From Zygophlyctis sp. KS116 (lineage: Eukaryota; Fungi; Chytridiomycota): 32,000 nt of DNA. The position numbers and the translations under genes were made by a program. Of the stretch, positions 28,131-32,000 are shown one piece after another. How positions within the stretch are numbered: the stretch's first letter is position 1; every line of letters starts with the position of its first letter. The notes under the pieces are model-generated. The model did not search any database. It had not been told where the DNA came from and saw only the letters and a program-made list of their open reading frames with translations. The DNA lies in NCBI GenBank assembly GCA_054661495.1, contig BAAFSQ010000001.1, positions 105,694 through 137,693 of the forward strand, written 5' to 3'.

Positions 28131-30753
28131 ATGTACATGTTGTCCGAAAGGTAAATCGTAATAGATTTAGCATAGAAATCCAACAAAATCTAATAGCCAA
28201 AATGAACCTGAAGGGGATGATAACTTGTATAACTTTGATAAAAAGGTATATTTCTTAATTGTTACCTTTTCCAGACATCTATTCGTGATTCTGGCTCTGC
28301 GAGAGGACTGACTGGATTTGGAGGACTTAAAACAGCTTTAGGAAATGGCGAAGGACGACCAATGACTGGTGTTCGGGCGGCTGGATATTCTAGTCGTGGA
28401 AGAACTCCAGGACCTTCCGGACAAGGAAGCTTTGATCCGTTTGTGTCTCCTAGTAATCATCCAATAATATGAATACTAGATAAACTCATTGAGCAGATTG
28501 TTATTTCTCCAGAGGATGAAATCAAGGTGCTAAAATATCTTAATGGTCATAGACAATGGAAAAACGTGTCAAAACATTGGTCCATGAATCATGTTTAGCG
28601 GCGAAAAATGGTGATATAAAATTAGCATTGGAAAAAGCAAAGGAAGCTGGAAAGAGAGAGAGACAAATCGCAAAACAAAAGGAGCAGGCAAATATTGCTG
28701 ATCAAGTTAATCTTGATTTAACATATTTTGTCTTATTTAATCTAGCAAACCAATATTTTGCCAACAAATTTTATCAAGAAGCATTAAATGCATACGCTGT
28801 GATTGTCAAAAATAAGGCGTTTAATCAATCAGGCCGGCTTCGTGTAAAGTATGATTTTGCATAACTAATATCTAGTATGGGTAATATTTACTTTGAGCAG
28901 AAAAACTATGAGCAAGCGATAAAAATGTATAGAATGGCTTTAGATCAGATTCCTTTAACCAGTAAAAATATCCGGTAATAGAGAAAATGATTTAAGCTTA
29001 AGACTTAAAATCTTGGCAAATATTGGAATCGCTTTTATCAAGCTCTCGCAATTTCAAGATGCAGTTTCTTCTTTTGAATCGATCATGGAGGATGGCCCTA
29101 GCTTTTTCGCTGGTGTGATCATATATAATTAAAGAGTAGGATTCAATTTAATTCTCTGTTATTTTGCACTTGGAGAAAAGGAACGAATGAAGAATGGGTT
29201 TAGAAAATTATTAGGCATATCTTTACAGTCTATTGATAATTTTGAAGAGCAAAATCAATCGGGAAAGGATGAACCGATACATGATCATGTTGTATTCGCG
29301 CATGATGCATTGAGAGATGTAGCGCATGAAAGGTATTTTATTAATTTTAAATAAATCAGAAAAAAATCTGCTGAGCGCTATATAATACTTGCTGCAAAGG
29401 TGCTTAGTTTCATGATTTTAATTCTAGCTGATCGCTCCTGAAATTAGTGATTCATTTACGGAGGGGTATGATTGGATAGTAGAATCCCTAAAAGATTCTG
29501 AGCATGCTGACATATCCAGCGAGCTTGAAATTTCTAAAGCCATCCAATTCCTAAAGAAAAAAGAATTTGCTCAGGTATTTAAAATTAAGTTACGATTTTA
29601 GGCTATCGAATCATTTAAATCATTTGAAAACAGAGACCAGAAGCTGATTGGAGCTGCTGCAACTAATTTATCGTTTCTGTACTTTCTTGATGGCGATTTT
29701 AAGCAGGCTGAAGCTTACGCAGATGTTGCTATAAAGCATGACCGATACAATTCTAAAGCGCATACTAACCGTGGAAACAGCTACTATCATCAAGGTATTT
29801 TTCTGGATTTGAATCATGAAAGGCAATTTTGATATGGCCAAAATGCATTATGAGGAAGCTATCAGTATTATTCTATTTATTTACCATTATAGGTCTAGAT
29901 GCTCTATGTATAGAAGCAATTTATAATTTAGGTTTGTATCTTTTAGCTGATAATCAGGTCTTGTATATAAAAAGGAAGAGAAATTCGAGATGTCCTTGAA
30001 ATGGTTTGAAAAACTCCACTCCATAGTTAATAACTCGTCCGAAGTTATTTTTGAAATCGCAGATATCTATGATAGAATGGGAAATCTGAATCAATCTCTA
30101 GAATGGTATAATATACTTATATCTGTTATTCCTACTGATCCTGGGATCCTCGCGAGATTGGCCAATATGATGGAAAGGAATGGAGATCGTGCACAAGCAT
30201 TTCAATACTATTCCGAGGTACTAATTTAAGCAATTAAAAATAGTCTTACAGATATTTCCCATCCAATCTTGAAGTATTATCATGGCTTGGCTCTTATTAT
30301 GTGGAATGTGAAGTATACGAACAAGCCGTTCGATTTTATGAAGGTGCAATAGTGATTCAACCTAATGAACCAAAATGGAAAATGATGCTGGCCAACTGCT
30401 ATCGAAAAAGTGCAAACTTCCAAAAAGCATTTACTATTTATAAGAAAATCCATAATCAATTTCCTGAAAATGTAGAATGTACTGTAAATAATAAGCTTAT
30501 ATGATAGGTCTTCGCCAATTAACTAAAATTGCCACGGATCTACATATGCCAAGCGCAGCAGAGTACAATTCCTCGTTATCTCTCCTAGAATCAAAGTTTC
30601 CAGATTCTGCACAAATTAAACATCAGCCTCAACAAGATAAAGTCTTTCAAAGTAAGTTAAATTTGTCTAATCTCAGGACCAAAACAAATACCGACTGCAA
30701 CTTTTGAAGATGATTGGAATCAACAAGATGTATCCGGTTTATTACCTGAATAA
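28131..30753 (+). CDS. IFT88: Intraflagellar transport protein 88 (TPR)
   Basis: RPMTGVRAAG, ALEKAKEAGKRER, NLDLTYFVLFNLANQY, YRMALDQIP, IPTDPGILARL and C-terminal LLPE. Sixteen introns of 25-29 nt. Start is at 28131 or 28137. Confidence 0.92.
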
Positions 30754-30756
30754 AAT

Positions 30757-31747
30757 TTATTTTTTCATCATATCACCAGCCATTTTTGAAATCTGAGGAT
30801 CTTTCATTAGATTTTGCAGTGCAGATGGATCACGCATCATATTCTGTGCCCTTTTATGTTATAATATACAATTTACATTTCGGCAAATTGAGGATTTTGC
30901 ATCATCGAACTAATAGCAGGATTGTTCATCATTTTTGAGGCTAAAATATTGAGCAACATTTTAAAAATTACCCATATCCATAAATCCCGGATTATTCATC
31001 ATAGAACCTAAATCCATTCCACCCAGATCTGGCATTCCAGGCACTCCAGCAGGTGTAGATCCATTTGGCATGCTCTTAGAAACTGGGTTTAGTTTTTCCT
31101 GTGCAGTCGCAAGTGAAGCCCTCAAATTCGAATTATTAGGATCTGCCTCTAGAGCCTTTTCGTATGCTTGAACCGACTCGTCATACTTTTCCAAGGTAAA
31201 GTAAGCGTGACCAAGTCTAGAATAAGCCTTTGTATATTTCGGATCAATTTCCAAGGCTTTTTGGGCATCTACCAAAGATTCATTTGCCTTACCAAGAGAA
31301 GCGTAAGCAGCTGCTCTAAAATATTTAAATAATGAAAATACCTATTCCCGTAATAAATTGGATTTGATCCATCAATTTCAATAGCTTTAGAGTAACAATC
31401 AATTGCCTTTTGATAATTTTTAGCGGACATTTCCTTGTTTCCCTCCATTTTGTATTCATCTGCATTTCCCTGAACTTCAGGCTGAAAATCAATAAATAAA
31501 ATCCTACCTTTTTCATCTGACTTTTTGTCTTCATGTAAATGTCAAATATAGAAGATAGAGAAGTTGGGGCAATCGATATTTTTTTAATTTGATCAGCGTT
31601 TCCAGTGTCAATTCCAAAAGCTTCATTTACCGCCTGAATCGCAACTTCCAATCCTTCAGCACCATCTCCGTTAACTTTTTGAGATTTTATGCAATCTGCC
31701 AAGTATTCAGTGATCGCTAAAGCAAGTTGTTGATCTTTCCCATCCAT
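30757..31747 (-). CDS. SGT2: Small glutamine-rich TPR co-chaperone Sgt2/SGTA
   Basis: N-terminal dimerisation domain (EGLEVAIQAVNEAFGI), TPRs (KYTKAYSRLGHAY) and Met-rich STI1 repeats (MMNNP). Introns 31482-31507, 31316-31341, 30941-30971, 30851-30876. Confidence 0.9.
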
Positions 31748-31836
31748 TGAAGTAAGCCTAAAATTATAGTAAACCTAGATAGGATTGCGCGATTAATTCC
31801 AAAAAAGTGTTCTAGATTGTTGATCCACTGTAAAAA

Positions 31837-31908
31837 TGCATTGGCGGGGAATCGAACCCCGGCCACTCGCTTGGAAGGCGAGAATCATAACCACTAGACT
31901 ACCAATGC
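31837..31908 (-). tRNA. tRNA-Gly(TCC), intronless
   Basis: GCATTGG/CCAATGC acceptor stem, CTCGC-CTTCCAA-GCGAG anticodon arm, GGTTCGATTCC T-loop, followed by a T5 Pol III terminator. Confidence 0.97.
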
Positions 31909-32000
31909 TGGTGAAATTGTTAGAGTCTGCGAAACCGAGGTTCTTTATATAATCAAATTTGAACTTTTCAACTTAGTAAAATCACTATTATAACTCTCAC

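Overview
This is an extremely compact, AT-rich eukaryotic genome, most likely a zoosporic (chytrid-like) fungus. That placement is an inference from IFT88, a PMT2-type mannosyltransferase, and CHD7-, ROCK- and cyclin E-like genes. The window holds about 18 protein genes and a tRNA-Gly(TCC). The ORF track is fragmented because genes are split by tiny GT-AG introns: I reconstructed 71 by hand, of which 70 are 23-34 nt and one, in the CHD gene, is a structured 149-nt outlier. Intergenic gaps are often 1-90 bp. A thioesterase and NOP15 overlap at a TAATG stop/start, and the cyclin E-like gene ends only 11 bp before the ROCK-like gene, which suggests polycistronic or overlapping transcription. Other signals are CGCG (MCB/SCB/E2F-like) promoter elements, AATAAA fused to stop codons, a ROCK-like kinase with an HR1 module inside its split PH domain, and two orphan ORFs. 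All gene models are manual and unverified by RNA data or database searches.
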